A program made the translations under genes and the position numbers. A stretch of 61,774 nucleotides of DNA, the filler included, from Myxococcota bacterium (GTDB lineage Bacteria > Myxococcota_C > UBA6777): assembly GCA_023150835.1 (NCBI GenBank). It is 4 parts of 4 records of this genome, joined end to end, with 100 filler letters (N's around TTAATTAATTAA, not from the genome) between each part and the next. Parts side by side here need not be neighbours in the genome. Positions count along the whole stretch, not along the records: positions 1 to 22,500 come from JAKLKB010000166.1; 3 more parts are not named here. The stretch is one strand, 5' to 3'. Shown piece by piece: positions 10,013-20,139 of the stretch (position 1 is its first letter; every line of letters starts with the position of its first letter). Under the pieces are notes generated by a model. It did not search any database. It saw only the letters and a program-made list of their open reading frames with translations, and had not been told where the DNA came from.

Positions 10013-10109
10013 GGCGAAACAGGGACCCGCAGAATGGGTGAAGTGCCTTGCTTTTTGGAGGTGGTTGTGCAACCTTCCGTCGAATCGGATAGGTGTGATA
10101 TGTTGACAA

Positions 10110-10226
10110 AAAACGCCATGTTCGTGCCCGTACAAGCGAGAGAGTCGTTGGTGTGAGACGCGACGATCTGTTCGCCAACATGGGGTCAAGGGGCGACAGT
10201 CCCTTGCGGGGTGTGGGGCAGCGCCC
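10110..10226 (+). repeat. Family B element, interrupted by the IS4-like MITE
   Basis: GCCATGTTCG...GATCTGTTCGCC..GGGGTCAAGGGG..CCCTTGCGGGGTGTGGGGCAGCGCCC. Confidence 0.8.
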
Positions 10227-10480
10227 CATACGCGCCTTGTTCAGGTGGAAACCTCGTAGAGTCGGTCTTGATCGCCTTTTTTTTTCTCCCCCCCTCAATC
10301 CCCCCGGCCAACGGGGGGAAGTTGGAACGGGCAGCGTCTGCATTTCGTGCATACAGCGTGCGTCATGAAAAAACAAAATCCCAAAAACAAAATCCCCGAT
10401 GCTTCCGACTTTCGCTCCCTCCCCTGTTCACGGGGGAGGGCGGGGTGGGGGGCTTTCCTCCGCTTCACCTAACGCCTATG
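10227..10480. mobile_element. 254-bp non-autonomous IS4-family (IS231-like) MITE with 11-bp target site duplication
   Basis: Ends CATACGCGCCTTGTTCAG and CTTCACCTAACGCCTATG; GGGCAGCGCCC at both 10216-10226 and 10481-10491. Confidence 0.85.
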
Positions 10481-10586
10481 GGGCAGCGCCCCACCAACCA
10501 TCGAACAAGCGGCACTTGTGAGAAGACGAAACATCCGATCTCGTTAGAACGCTCGCCGTTTACGCATCGAAGAAGGAACGCGACAC

Positions 10587-11789
10587 ATGGCTTCACAGGC
10601 ACAGACAGGACAATATCTCGGTATTCGCTTGACCGTGCAGTGTGATCTTCCGCAAGATCCGTATTACGCGGCCAAAGATTTCTTTCCCTCCGAAGGAGCC
10701 GAAGGAATCCGCGTGGGCCGAACCAAAGACTGCGATATCTTTTTGCAAGACGCGGGTGTGTCGGGGCTTCATTGCCGTTTGAAAAGCGGACCGCAGGGAT
10801 TTTGGTTGGAGGATATGGGGAGCCGGAATGGGACTTATTTGGGGGGGCGGCTGTTGGAGCCAGACGAGCAGGTGATCTTGCAAGACGGCGATGTGATCGA
10901 TCTTCATCCGTATCGGATTACGGTGCATTTGGGGGCCTCGGTGTTCCAAAAACCCGCACCTCCAAGCGATGGGATGGACAGTACGCGAGATCTCGGCAAG
11001 CAGATGCTCCAGAGTATGTTGACAGGCGAAGAAAGCGCAACGCCGACGCTGCAATGGCTCAACGCTCCGCAAGGTCCACAATCTTTTGCGCTCAAGGAAT
11101 ACGAAGACTTTACGATCGGGCGAAGTGATCAATCCTCTTTGTTTCTCAACGACGAAGCGATCAGTCGAGAACACGCGATTATCCGACGCGATTGGACAGG
11201 GGTGACCATCCGCGATCTCGAAAGCCGCAATGGTGTCGTTGTCAACGGTGTGATGGTGCGGCGTGGGAGTGAAGTCGAACTCAAACACAACGACCGCATC
11301 GTCCTTGGTTCGCATCAGTTTGTTTTTCGAGATCCTTTTGCGGCAGAGATGGCCCAAAAACTCAACGCTCTGCCTGTGCATCTCCGCAGTGACGATGATT
11401 CCACGCTGCCGCCTACCGCCATGACCACAGGGGCTTTTGCTTCTTTGGCCGCAGGCGACGAACCGACATCAGGCCAATGGCAAGCCCCAAAGCGCTCTGC
11501 CCCCTCGCCTTCTTTTGTGCCTCCACCCAAACGCTCGATCCCACCGCCCACGACGACGCCTCCTGTTGCGCCTGTCCCTGCAAAAATGCCCGTTGCTTCG
11601 CCTCCACCGATGGCTGTGATGGCTCCATCCTCTCCGCCGTCCACTTCGGCTTTACCCTCTTCGCAGTCTCCCGCTCCTGCACCCGTTGCGGCGCTGCGTC
11701 CTGCACAACAAGTCTTCCTCTGGATCGGCGGCTTTCTCCTTGCCCTTCTGTTGGGGATCTTGGGGTTCTTGTTGTTTTTGTATCCTTAA
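10587..11789 (+). CDS. Double-FHA-domain membrane protein
   Basis: VGR..CDI..VSGLHC..DMGSRNGT and IGRS..ISREHA..DLESRNG; Pro-rich linker; C-terminal TM helix. Confidence 0.92.
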   Translation: MASQAQTGQYLGIRLTVQCDLPQDPYYAAKDFFPSEGAEGIRVGRTKDCDIFLQDAGVSGLHCRLKSGPQGFWLEDMGSRNGTYLGGRLLEPDEQVILQDGDVIDLHPYRITVHLGASVFQKPAPPSDGMDSTRDLGKQMLQSMLTGEESATPTLQWLNAPQGPQSFALKEYEDFTIGRSDQSSLFLNDEAISREHAIIRRDWTGVTIRDLESRNGVVVNGVMVRRGSEVELKHNDRIVLGSHQFVFRDPFAAEMAQKLNALPVHLRSDDDSTLPPTAMTTGAFASLAAGDEPTSGQWQAPKRSAPSPSFVPPPKRSIPPPTTTPPVAPVPAKMPVASPPPMAVMAPSSPPSTSALPSSQSPAPAPVAALRPAQQVFLWIGGFLLALLLGILGFLLFLYP

Positions 11790-11914
11790 TCTGCTGTTGG
11801 GGATCTTTGGGGTTCTTGTTGTTTTTGTCCCATCCACCTTCGGGGGCGCTCTGAGATCCCCAGCCCTACAAGGAGTCGCTCGTTGCAAAGATATCACGAA
11901 AACAGAACAGGTAT

Positions 11915-11943
11915 TTGACAAGGACAGCAAACCTGCGTAGCAT
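11915..11943 (+). promoter_or_regulatory. Putative sigma70 promoter of the kinase gene
   Basis: TTGACA-17 bp-TAGCAT about 40 bp upstream of ATG 11984. Confidence 0.55.
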
Positions 11944-11983
11944 GGCTCCCGATGTCTTTTCACTGCATTTTTAGCGTTGTCGA

Positions 11984-14119
11984 ATGAGTAAACAAAACGA
12001 AACCACACCTTGCCCTATCTGCGAACACCTCAACGCGTCCAACGCTGTTTTCTGCCAAAATTGCGGAAGCAGCCTTCAGGCTCATGATCCTGAAGATCCC
12101 CTTGTTGGCCGGATGGTGGGCAATTATCGCCTCCTTCAGAGAAAAGGGGAGGGCGGATTTGGTGTCGTTTATCGTGCCGAACACCGCGAGCTTCACACTT
12201 CGTTTGCTGTCAAGATCCTTCATCCGCAGTTTTCTGCAAATCGCCAAGCTGCCGAACGTTTCCGCCGCGAAGCCTTGGCTGCGGGAAAACTCCGCCACGA
12301 ACACGTCGTGTACATCGCTGACTTTGGACAAGCCAAAGGCATCGGATACTACTACGCGATGGAGTTCTTGCAGGGCGAAACGCTCAAAGAAGCCATCGAA
12401 AAAGCACAGGTCTTTCCCAAAGAACGCATCCTCCATATCGCCCGCCAAGTGACTTCGGCGATGGATCGCGTGCATGCACTCAAGATCGTCCACCGCGATC
12501 TCAAACCTGAAAACATCTTCTTGATCGAAAAAGACGGATCACCCGACTACGTCAAGCTCGTCGACTTTGGCATCGCCAAGATCATGGACGAGGCCACAGC
12601 CTCGATCACGCGCACGGGACTCAGCGTCGGAACCCCCTTGTATATGTCCCCCGAACAAGCACGCGGAAACCTCCGAACCCTCGACCAACGCTCCGATATC
12701 TACTCGTGGGCCATCATCGTCTACGAGATGTTGACAGGACGCCCCCCCTTCTACAGCGACAATCCGCACGATGTGGTCATGCAACACATCCGCTCCGCTG
12801 TCCCCGCCATGAGCGAGCGTAGCAAGCTTCGCTGCTTTAGCGATGAACTCGAAGACCTCTTCCAACGCGCTCTCGCCAAAGATCCCGAACAGCGGCCCCC
12901 TTCGATGATCGCTTTCTACCAAGAACTCGAACCCTGTTTGCTCGATCCCGACGCCATCGAAGAAAAAAAGCGTACACGCGGCCCGCTGCTTTCTCTTGCA
13001 CGAAAACGCAAGAAGCTCGCCCAAACCACCAAAGAAGAAAATGCCGAACATACGCCTCCGTCGAACCCCAGCGCCCGTGAGATCTTTGGCGGGGCCGCAG
13101 CCGTCACTTCTACAGGCGAGCAACTGACCGCCAACGAAGCGAACAAACCAAACAAATCAAACGATTGGCGCAGTGTCTTCCAAACGCACGATCCCTCTGT
13201 TCAACGCGAAGCTGCGTTGGTGAGCGCCCCCCACGCCCAAGACGCTGCCCAGCCCCGAAGTAGGCTCGCTTTGCCTCCCCACGCAAGCGAGCCTGTCGCC
13301 CTCCAATACCTCAATGCCAGCGTCGAAGACACCATTCTTTCGCTCGCACCGCAACTTGAACCGCACGAAACCTCTCGCCCCGAAGAAGATTCTCACCCCG
13401 AAGAAGACTCCTCTCCGTCCATGCGGATCGCCGATGAGATCACTCTGACCAAGCCTCGACCCGCTCCCCCCCAAAGAGCCGATTTTGACGAAGACGACGA
13501 TATCGCCCGTTATGGCGGAATGACCGCCGTCCAGCGGATGTGGTGGATCTTGGGTGGCGTCGGCTTGATCTTTCTGTTTATCTTGATCTTTATCCCTTCG
13601 CCTCCCCCTCCCACACCTTCGCCCAAACTCCCTCAACCCCACACACAAACCTCGAATCCTCCTGCCCCGATCGTGACGGTTCAACCGTTGCCTTCGGCTC
13701 AACCAAGGACTTCTCCTCGCCCTCAACCCACGCACACTCCCCCGACAACACCCGATGCACGGGTTGTTGGGCCGAGCATTCCTTCCAATGTTCTTGTGAT
13801 CCACGCCCAACCGCGTGCCAAGTGCTTTGTCAACGGCCAACCCATCGGCAAAACGCCTTGTCAGATCCTGCGCACACAAAAGTCCGTCCTACTCGAATTG
13901 AAACAAACAGGCTTTCGCACACACAGCGAGCAGATCGAACCCGCCAAGATCAAACAAGAACGCCTTGAGATCCGCCTCAAACGCAGCAAACCCAAACCCC
14001 GCACTCCAACCGAAACTCCAGTCCCCACACCACCTCGCAAAACAGGGGATATCTTTGAGAACGCTGACAATCCCTTTGGCATCCAACACGATAACCCCTT
14101 CAAAAAACCCAAAAAATAG
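11984..14119 (+). CDS. Hanks-type Ser/Thr protein kinase with N-terminal zinc ribbon, TM helix and PEGA-like C-terminus
   Basis: CPIC..CQNC; GEGGFG, AVKIL, HRDLKPEN, DFG, YMSPEQ, DIYS. Confidence 0.96.
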   Translation: MSKQNETTPCPICEHLNASNAVFCQNCGSSLQAHDPEDPLVGRMVGNYRLLQRKGEGGFGVVYRAEHRELHTSFAVKILHPQFSANRQAAERFRREALAAGKLRHEHVVYIADFGQAKGIGYYYAMEFLQGETLKEAIEKAQVFPKERILHIARQVTSAMDRVHALKIVHRDLKPENIFLIEKDGSPDYVKLVDFGIAKIMDEATASITRTGLSVGTPLYMSPEQARGNLRTLDQRSDIYSWAIIVYEMLTGRPPFYSDNPHDVVMQHIRSAVPAMSERSKLRCFSDELEDLFQRALAKDPEQRPPSMIAFYQELEPCLLDPDAIEEKKRTRGPLLSLARKRKKLAQTTKEENAEHTPPSNPSAREIFGGAAAVTSTGEQLTANEANKPNKSNDWRSVFQTHDPSVQREAALVSAPHAQDAAQPRSRLALPPHASEPVALQYLNASVEDTILSLAPQLEPHETSRPEEDSHPEEDSSPSMRIADEITLTKPRPAPPQRADFDEDDDIARYGGMTAVQRMWWILGGVGLIFLFILIFIPSPPPPTPSPKLPQPHTQTSNPPAPIVTVQPLPSAQPRTSPRPQPTHTPPTTPDARVVGPSIPSNVLVIHAQPRAKCFVNGQPIGKTPCQILRTQKSVLLELKQTGFRTHSEQIEPAKIKQERLEIRLKRSKPKPRTPTETPVPTPPRKTGDIFENADNPFGIQHDNPFKKPKK

Positions 14120-14216
14120 TGTTGTTCTTGTGTTGTTCTCGTCTTTTCTCAACCTTTGTCGCCTCTCTTTGACACCCATGCACAAACGCTTTTTTTGTCG
14201 CCTCTCTTTGACACCC

Positions 14217-15257
14217 ATGTACAGGCTCTTTTTTTCATCCATACACCGCCGCGTTGTTTGCCCTGTGGCCCGCTCTTGGGTCGGGGCTTTGCTTGCTGTG
14301 TGCTGTTTTCTCGTGGCTTCGCGATGTTTCGCCCAAAGCCCTCAACCTCCCCGCAGCGACAGCGATATCATGTCCTCTGGCTTGCTTAAAGAAGCCGAGC
14401 GCCTCTGGCGTGAAGGACTTGTTCTCGCCCGCGAGCGCAAATACCCTGAAGCCTTGACCAAGTTTCTCGCTTCTCGCCGCCTGATCCCTGCCCAAGAACA
14501 GAAGAATGATGTTGCCCGCGCTTTGCTTTCTTATTATATCGGGCGGACTTATCACATCCTCAACAAGCCCCTCCCCGCACGCGACAACTATCGTGGCTAT
14601 CTCCGCATCGCACCCACAGGAAAACATCAAGCGCAGATCCGACTCTGGCTCAAGCAGCTTTATCCGCAGATCCGCGCAAAGCTGCTCCTTGATACCGTCC
14701 CCGCTGCGCGTTGTCGGATCGAACATCCCGCTGGTGTTCACGAAGCCCAAACGCCGATCGAACAAGAAGTCGAAGCGGGTTCTTTGTTTATCCGATGCTT
14801 GAAACAAGACTTCCTCCCCGAAGAGATGCGACTCACTCTTGCCCCACAACAGGAACAAAATCTGCGACTCGCCCTGCGCCCCAAACCCAAGCCGCGCATC
14901 GCTCCGCCTCCGCCCAAACCTCTCGAACTGCGTTGGGTCGGTTATCTTCTTGGCGGTGTTGGGCTTGCCGCGCTCGCAACTGCCGGAGGCTTCGGCATCT
15001 CTGCGATGCTTCTTGATCAAGACGCCCAAAACAACCGCGAGCTACGAACGCCTGCTACTTCTCGCCTTGCTATCGATCAACACAACCAAGCGCAATCCAA
15101 CGCCACCCTTGCCAATGCCTTTTACATCACAGGAGGCGTTCTGACTCTCGCGGGAGTCATCGTCGCGGTCGTGGTGTGGCCGCGTACGCCTCCTCCTCCA
15201 AAAACGCCTGCTATCGGCAAAGATCGTGTGGTACTTCTGGATATCGAAATCAGGTGA
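14217..15257 (+). CDS. TPR plus PEGA-like exported/membrane protein (start uncertain)
   Basis: Signal-like segment, TPR helices (YYIGRTY), beta-rich PEGA-like region, C-terminal hydrophobic hairpin; typical neighbour of myxobacterial kinases. Confidence 0.75.
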   Translation: MYRLFFSSIHRRVVCPVARSWVGALLAVCCFLVASRCFAQSPQPPRSDSDIMSSGLLKEAERLWREGLVLARERKYPEALTKFLASRRLIPAQEQKNDVARALLSYYIGRTYHILNKPLPARDNYRGYLRIAPTGKHQAQIRLWLKQLYPQIRAKLLLDTVPAARCRIEHPAGVHEAQTPIEQEVEAGSLFIRCLKQDFLPEEMRLTLAPQQEQNLRLALRPKPKPRIAPPPPKPLELRWVGYLLGGVGLAALATAGGFGISAMLLDQDAQNNRELRTPATSRLAIDQHNQAQSNATLANAFYITGGVLTLAGVIVAVVVWPRTPPPPKTPAIGKDRVVLLDIEIR

Positions 15258-15309
15258 GTGGAAAAACGCCTGCTATCGGCAAAGATCGTGTGGTACTTCT
15301 GAACACCGA

Positions 15310-16026
15310 ATACAGACAGTTGATCCGCCCCGGACTGGTCCACCAAGCCAACGGCGGTTATCTACTGATCGAAGCGCGCAAGCTCCTGACGCAGCCGTTT
15401 GCATGGGAAAGCCTCAAACGCGCACTCCAACAGTCTGCGATCCGCATCGAATCGCTGGAGCAGATGCTTGCGCTCAACAGCACCATCTCGCTCGAACCAC
15501 AGCCGATCCCGCTTCAACTCAAGGTGATCCTGTTGGGCGACCGAATGCTATATTACCTGCTTTCTTTGTATGATCCTGATTTTGAAACGCTTTTTAAAGC
15601 GGCGGCAGACTTTGGCGAAGAGATCGCTCGGACCTCCGAAAATCAACGCTTGTACACGAGGTTGCTTGCGACAAGATCGAGGGCTTTTTCGACTTGTGCA
15701 AAGCACGCGGTCTGACGGGGACGCAAGGCGTCTTGATCCCTGCTTCCAACGTCAAACACCTGATGTTGCGGCCCGATGTGGTGTATGCCGCGACCCAAGG
15801 ACAATTTCATGTCTATCCGATCAAGGATATCGCCCAAGGGATCGCGCTTTTGACGGGTATCCCTGCGGGTGAGATCGATGAACACGGCGCGTATCCCGAC
15901 GGCAGCATCCATGCTTTGGTGATGGCGCGACTGCGCGATCTGACGCAGAAACGCATCGCGTTTCAACACACCGAAACACAAAAATCCGTGGATCTGTCGT
16001 CAAACAAAGATCCGGATGCTCCATAA
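15310..16026 (+). pseudogene. Remnant of a LonC/YcbZ-type ATP-dependent protease; N-terminus missing, large internal deletion with frameshift near 15672
   Basis: IRPGLVHQANGGYL..LEPQPIPLQLKVIL (AAA part) joined out of frame to KIEGFFDLC..QGVLIPASNVKHLML (Lon C-terminus). Confidence 0.88.
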
Positions 16027-16067
16027 GCAGGTTGAGCGGTACAAAGCAAGCTGAGAGTGCGTGCAAG

Positions 16068-16958
16068 ATGGTGGAACAAAAGCAGATCTTTGGGTCGATT
16101 CTTCCTTTTGAGCGCATCGTGATCGCGCTGGATTCTTCGCCCCATAGCGTTCAGGCCCTTGAGGCGGCCTTGACTCTTGCGAGGTTATGGGATCTCTCGA
16201 TACACGGTGTTTTTGTGGAAGACAGCCAGCTTCATTACGCTGCCGAGATATCGTTTTCCCGCGAAGTCTCTCGCTTTTCCAGTACCCCTCAACCCCACAC
16301 CGCCGTATCCATCGCCCAACAGATCGCCGCGCAACGCAACCGCATCACGCAACATTTTCAACAGTGCGCACAACGCGCAAAGATCGCGGCTTCTTTCCAA
16401 TCGCTTCGCGGCTCTGTTCGCCACATGATCGCGCAAGCTCTTTCGCCACAAGACTTGCTTGGCCTCGGTTGCGCGGGGCATTCATCCTCTCCCTCCAAAC
16501 AAGTCGGTTCCAACACCTTGCACTGGCTCACCCAAACACGTCGCGCTTTGTTGATCGCACACGAAAGCGCCCAATACGGCGAAGAGATCGCCGTATTTTT
16601 TGACGGTCAACCCGCCAGTTTGCGTGCGCTTGATATCGGGGCGGCCTTGGCCTTGCGATCGGGCCGTCAGACGATCCGCGCCTTTCTTCCGCAACAGCCC
16701 GTCGCCAACTTCGAGCAGCGTCTTGCTTTGTTGCAAGAACATACTCGCAAACTACCGTTGTCTGTGCATTTGGTGCTGTTGCCTTCGCCTGTGCTGCTTC
16801 ATCTTGTCCGAGCCATCGAAGCGCACCGATGCGGGTTTTTGTTGTTGCCCGACTCGACAGAAACATCGTCGCACGATCTTTTCCGCTGGATCGGCCTTTT
16901 GTGTTGCCCGCTGTTGGTGATCCGAGAGTCGACTATGCGAGATCCGCAGGGCGCGTGA
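16068..16958 (+). CDS. Universal stress protein (tandem USP domains)
   Basis: RIVIALDSSPHS..AL..A; LLGLG..G...VGSNT; second half IAVFFDG. Confidence 0.85.
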   Translation: MVEQKQIFGSILPFERIVIALDSSPHSVQALEAALTLARLWDLSIHGVFVEDSQLHYAAEISFSREVSRFSSTPQPHTAVSIAQQIAAQRNRITQHFQQCAQRAKIAASFQSLRGSVRHMIAQALSPQDLLGLGCAGHSSSPSKQVGSNTLHWLTQTRRALLIAHESAQYGEEIAVFFDGQPASLRALDIGAALALRSGRQTIRAFLPQQPVANFEQRLALLQEHTRKLPLSVHLVLLPSPVLLHLVRAIEAHRCGFLLLPDSTETSSHDLFRWIGLLCCPLLVIRESTMRDPQGA

Positions 16959-17165
16959 TCGCAAAACGTTAGGGGCAGCCATAGGGGGCTGCCCAAGAAT
17001 CGGGCGTCTACGTGTTCTCCTTTGTGTACGCATTACTCGGATATCGTATTATACGAGATCCGCCCGTAGTGTGATCGTAAAAATGTAGGGGCAGCCCCCT
17101 GTGGCTGCCCAACAATCGGGCGTCTGGGCGCTCTCCTTCGATCACAGATCACTCGGATATCGTAT
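16950..17165 (+). repeat. Two tandem family A elements between convergent genes
   Basis: Two GGGCAGCC..GGCTGCCC hairpins; both copies end CGGATATCGTAT (17049, 17165). Confidence 0.85.
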
Positions 17166-18703
17166 TACTCCGAGAGATTCGAGCATTTTGAGCTTGTCTG
17201 CAAAGGAAGAGTGATCCGAAAACAAGCTCCTGTGGTGTTGCGTGTGTTGTCCGTCACTTCGAGGGTTCCGCCTGCTTCGAGCAGCGTTCGTTGACAGATC
17301 GCAAGCCCGAGGCCCACGCCTTTTCCGGGTTCTTTGGTCGTAAAAAAGGGTTCAAATATCTTTTCGCGCAGCGTTGCGGGGACGCCCGGACCGGCATCTT
17401 CGACGCAAAGCACGAGTAGGGCAGAGCCTTCTGTGGGTTGAAGCGCAGCGGACAGCCAGATCGGCCCCTTGCCCTGTGTCGCATCGGCAGCGTTGAGCAG
17501 AAGGTTGATCAAGACTTGCATCAGGGCAGAGGATTCGATGGGGACGATGGGAAGGTCAGGAGCGACTTCTTGTTGCAAGGTGGCTTGTCGAAAACGCGGT
17601 TGCAAAGACAACAACTCGATGGCTTCTTCGATGGCTTGGTTGGGCCAACAAGAAGCAGTTTGTGTTTGTTTGGGGCGTGCGTAGTCCAGCAGATCCCGAA
17701 TGATCCGATCGATGCGTTTGGCTTCTTTTTCGATGCGCTTAACAAGGTCTCGTTCGGCTTCGCTCCACGTCTCAGAAGTCGCAAGCAGATCGCTGTAGCC
17801 CATGATGGCGCTTAGTGGATTGCCGATCTCGTGCGCAACACCAGCGGCCATCTGCCCGACAGAAGACAGCTTTTCGCGTTGGATCAACTCGTTTTGGGCG
17901 CGTTGAAGGATCTTGTTGGCTTCTTGGAGGGCTTGGAGCTGCGTTTCTCGGGTGGTTTGGTGGACTTGTAAGATCGACTCCATCCCCACAAAAGAACGCG
18001 CAAGATCGCCGATCTCGTCTTGGCGCGTCACTTCGATCTCCAAGCCATCGCTGCGGCCTTTGGCTGCAAGGTGATCCATCGCGTGTCCAAGACGCTCAAG
18101 GGGTCGGACAAGACGCCTCGTAAGAAAAAAAAGTAAGATGAAGAGGATGATCGCGCAAAAGAGAAACAGGTAGATCAGAAGCAGCGTTTGATAAGCAAAA
18201 AATGCCTGTCGATCCAAGGCGATACGCCAGCGGATCCATACCGCGCCGATCTTTTTATTGGCTTCGTACAAAGGAACGCTGCGTTCCCACACTTCGCCGC
18301 GTTGTTGGGGGTCGCGCTGGATCTCAAAACGGGGGGTGGTCGCTTGGTGTGTGGTTTGGATGTAGAGGGTCTTTTCTTGTGCGCGGATCCGCCCCATCTG
18401 CCACACTAGATGTCCCCGTACATCTAGGCAAAAGGCCGCCTCAGGCTGGTGTGGGCGGATCATCCGAAGCCAACGGTGCAGCCACTGCAAACGTTGCGAG
18501 GCCGAAGCTGCGGAGATCGGGTGCGTTTGCCAGCCCACCTCCAAAAATTCCGCCATCTCTTGAAGATGTCGCCGCCGAAGCTGCATATCGCGCACCTGTG
18601 CGACGTACAGCGCAAGAAAGCTCAACCCCATCGATGCCAACAACATCACCAAACCAAGATTAAACGCCAATTGGCTGCGCAGACCATAACGAAAACTTGG
18701 CAT
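17165..18703 (-). CDS. Membrane HAMP sensor histidine kinase (NtrB-type; PilS2-like by position after pilD)
   Basis: Two TM segments, HAMP (RQDEIGDL), AHEIGNPL H-box, [23 protein letters not shown]. Confidence 0.93.
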   Translation of the reverse strand: MPSFRYGLRSQLAFNLGLVMLLASMGLSFLALYVAQVRDMQLRRRHLQEMAEFLEVGWQTHPISAASASQRLQWLHRWLRMIRPHQPEAAFCLDVRGHLVWQMGRIRAQEKTLYIQTTHQATTPRFEIQRDPQQRGEVWERSVPLYEANKKIGAVWIRWRIALDRQAFFAYQTLLLIYLFLFCAIILFILLFFLTRRLVRPLERLGHAMDHLAAKGRSDGLEIEVTRQDEIGDLARSFVGMESILQVHQTTRETQLQALQEANKILQRAQNELIQREKLSSVGQMAAGVAHEIGNPLSAIMGYSDLLATSETWSEAERDLVKRIEKEAKRIDRIIRDLLDYARPKQTQTASCWPNQAIEEAIELLSLQPRFRQATLQQEVAPDLPIVPIESSALMQVLINLLLNAADATQGKGPIWLSAALQPTEGSALLVLCVEDAGPGVPATLREKIFEPFFTTKEPGKGVGLGLAICQRTLLEAGGTLEVTDNTRNTTGACFRITLPLQTSSKCSNLSE

Positions 18704-18749
18704 CTCCGCCTCTCTCTCGGTATTGAAATAGATCGAAGCGACTTGTTGG

Positions 18750-18890
18750 GTTTGTTTTGGTTTTGTGGGGCTTTGCCCCACGCCCCACAAGGGACTGTCG
18801 CCCCTTGACCCCTGTGTCGGCGGGTCGAACAGATGTTTTCAAACAAACATCTCTGCCGCTTGGTGTCACGCGAACACGGGAGTTTTTGTC
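18750..18890 (-). repeat. Family B element
   Basis: TTTGTGGGGCTTTGCCCCACGCCCCACAAGGG..CCCCTTGACCCC..CGCGAACACGG. Confidence 0.8.
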
Positions 18891-18911
18891 CACCATACCG
18901 CTCCTGTCTGC

Positions 18912-20108
18912 TCAATAAAAAAGAAAGATCCGTCGTATCGTTTCCATCCACCACGCAACGATGCGCTCTCCCCAAAAGATCACTTCAAACGCACCAAGCG
19001 CCAAAAAAGGCCCAAAGGGGATCGCGACCCGACCCCATCCGATATCTTTTTGCGCCTCTTCCACTTGGGGCGTCTCGGAGGTCTCGGTAGATGGGGCAGC
19101 TTGGGATGTTTCGGAGGTCTCGGTAGATAGGGCAGCTTGGGATGCTTCGGATGTCTCGGTGGATGGGGCGGTTTGGGATGCTTCGGATGTCTCGGTAGAT
19201 AGGGCAGTTTGGGATGTTTGGGAGGTCTCGGTGGATAGGGCAGTTTGGGATGTTTCGGAGGTCTCGGTGGATAGGGCAGCTTGGGATGTTTCGGAGGTCT
19301 CGGTGGGTGGGGGGGAGAGGGGAGAAGGGGCTTGTTCATCCCAATCTTCAGGGACTTGTTCGCGCCATCCGAGGAGATAAAGGAAGATCGCCACGACGAC
19401 ACCTTGGACAGATGCAAGGAAGACGACTGTGAGCGTGTTTTTCCATCCGACGAAAGCCCCGATCAGTGCGAGAAGTTTCACATCGCCAAGCCCGAGACCT
19501 GTTCGTCGCAAGACCCATTCATAAAAGAGATGGATCACCAGCAAAGAACCGCCGCCCAAAGCTGCGCCCAACGCGGCGTCTTGCCACGTCGGCAACAAGG
19601 GAGGCCCAAACAAGGCGGCGGCTCCGATGGCAAGGGGGATCGTCGGAAGAGACAGGACATCGGGGATGATCCAATAAGCCAAATCGATGAACGTGATGAC
19701 GATCAACACGCAGACAAAAGCAAAGATCACGAGACTTTCCCAACGTGGCCCAAAACGCCGAACCACCGCCACCGCCATCACCGCCGTCATCAGCTCAACA
19801 AGCGGATATTGCAGAGAGATCGAGTACTTTTCGCAACGGCAACGGCCTCGCAACCAAAGGTAGCTTAAGATCGGGATGTTGTCGTACCAAGCGATCTGTT
19901 GGTTGCAACCGAAACAGATCGAGCGTGCGGGCGAAAACACAGACATCCCTTCAAGCGGGATGCGGATGATGCAGACATTCAGAAAACTTCCGACAAAGGC
20001 TCCATACACAAAAGCCATGCCGTAGAGATACAGCGGTGGAAGTTGTTCAAAGAGGTTGACGGCAAAGAGCAAGTCGGGACTCCTTTTCGAGACGGCGCGT
20101 GTCCACAA
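18912..20108 (-). CDS. pilD: Prepilin peptidase/N-methyltransferase with inserted 12-aa repeats (start uncertain)
   Basis: GSFLNVCI.RIP, two Cys pairs, FIDL, GLGDVKL, IPFGPFL. Confidence 0.95.
   Translation of the reverse strand: MWTRAVSKRSPDLLFAVNLFEQLPPLYLYGMAFVYGAFVGSFLNVCIIRIPLEGMSVFSPARSICFGCNQQIAWYDNIPILSYLWLRGRCRCEKYSISLQYPLVELMTAVMAVAVVRRFGPRWESLVIFAFVCVLIVITFIDLAYWIIPDVLSLPTIPLAIGAAALFGPPLLPTWQDAALGAALGGGSLLVIHLFYEWVLRRTGLGLGDVKLLALIGAFVGWKNTLTVVFLASVQGVVVAIFLYLLGWREQVPEDWDEQAPSPLSPPPTETSETSQAALSTETSETSQTALSTETSQTSQTALSTETSEASQTAPSTETSEASQAALSTETSETSQAAPSTETSETPQVEEAQKDIGWGRVAIPFGPFLALGAFEVIFWGERIVAWWMETIRRIFLFY
19070..19305 (-). repeat. 36-bp in-frame tandem repeat (STETSETSQAAL, about 6-7 copies) inside pilD
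   Basis: Repeated GTCTCGGT(A/G)GAT at 36-bp period. Confidence 0.92.
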
Positions 20109-20139
20109 GAGAAGGGTATTTCACAAAAGAAAAGCGGAT

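Noticed and set aside
9568-10376. Antisense GTTGFT / QVQRA repeat ORFs
   Set aside because: Reverse readings of the PVKPVV repeat plus MITE sequence.
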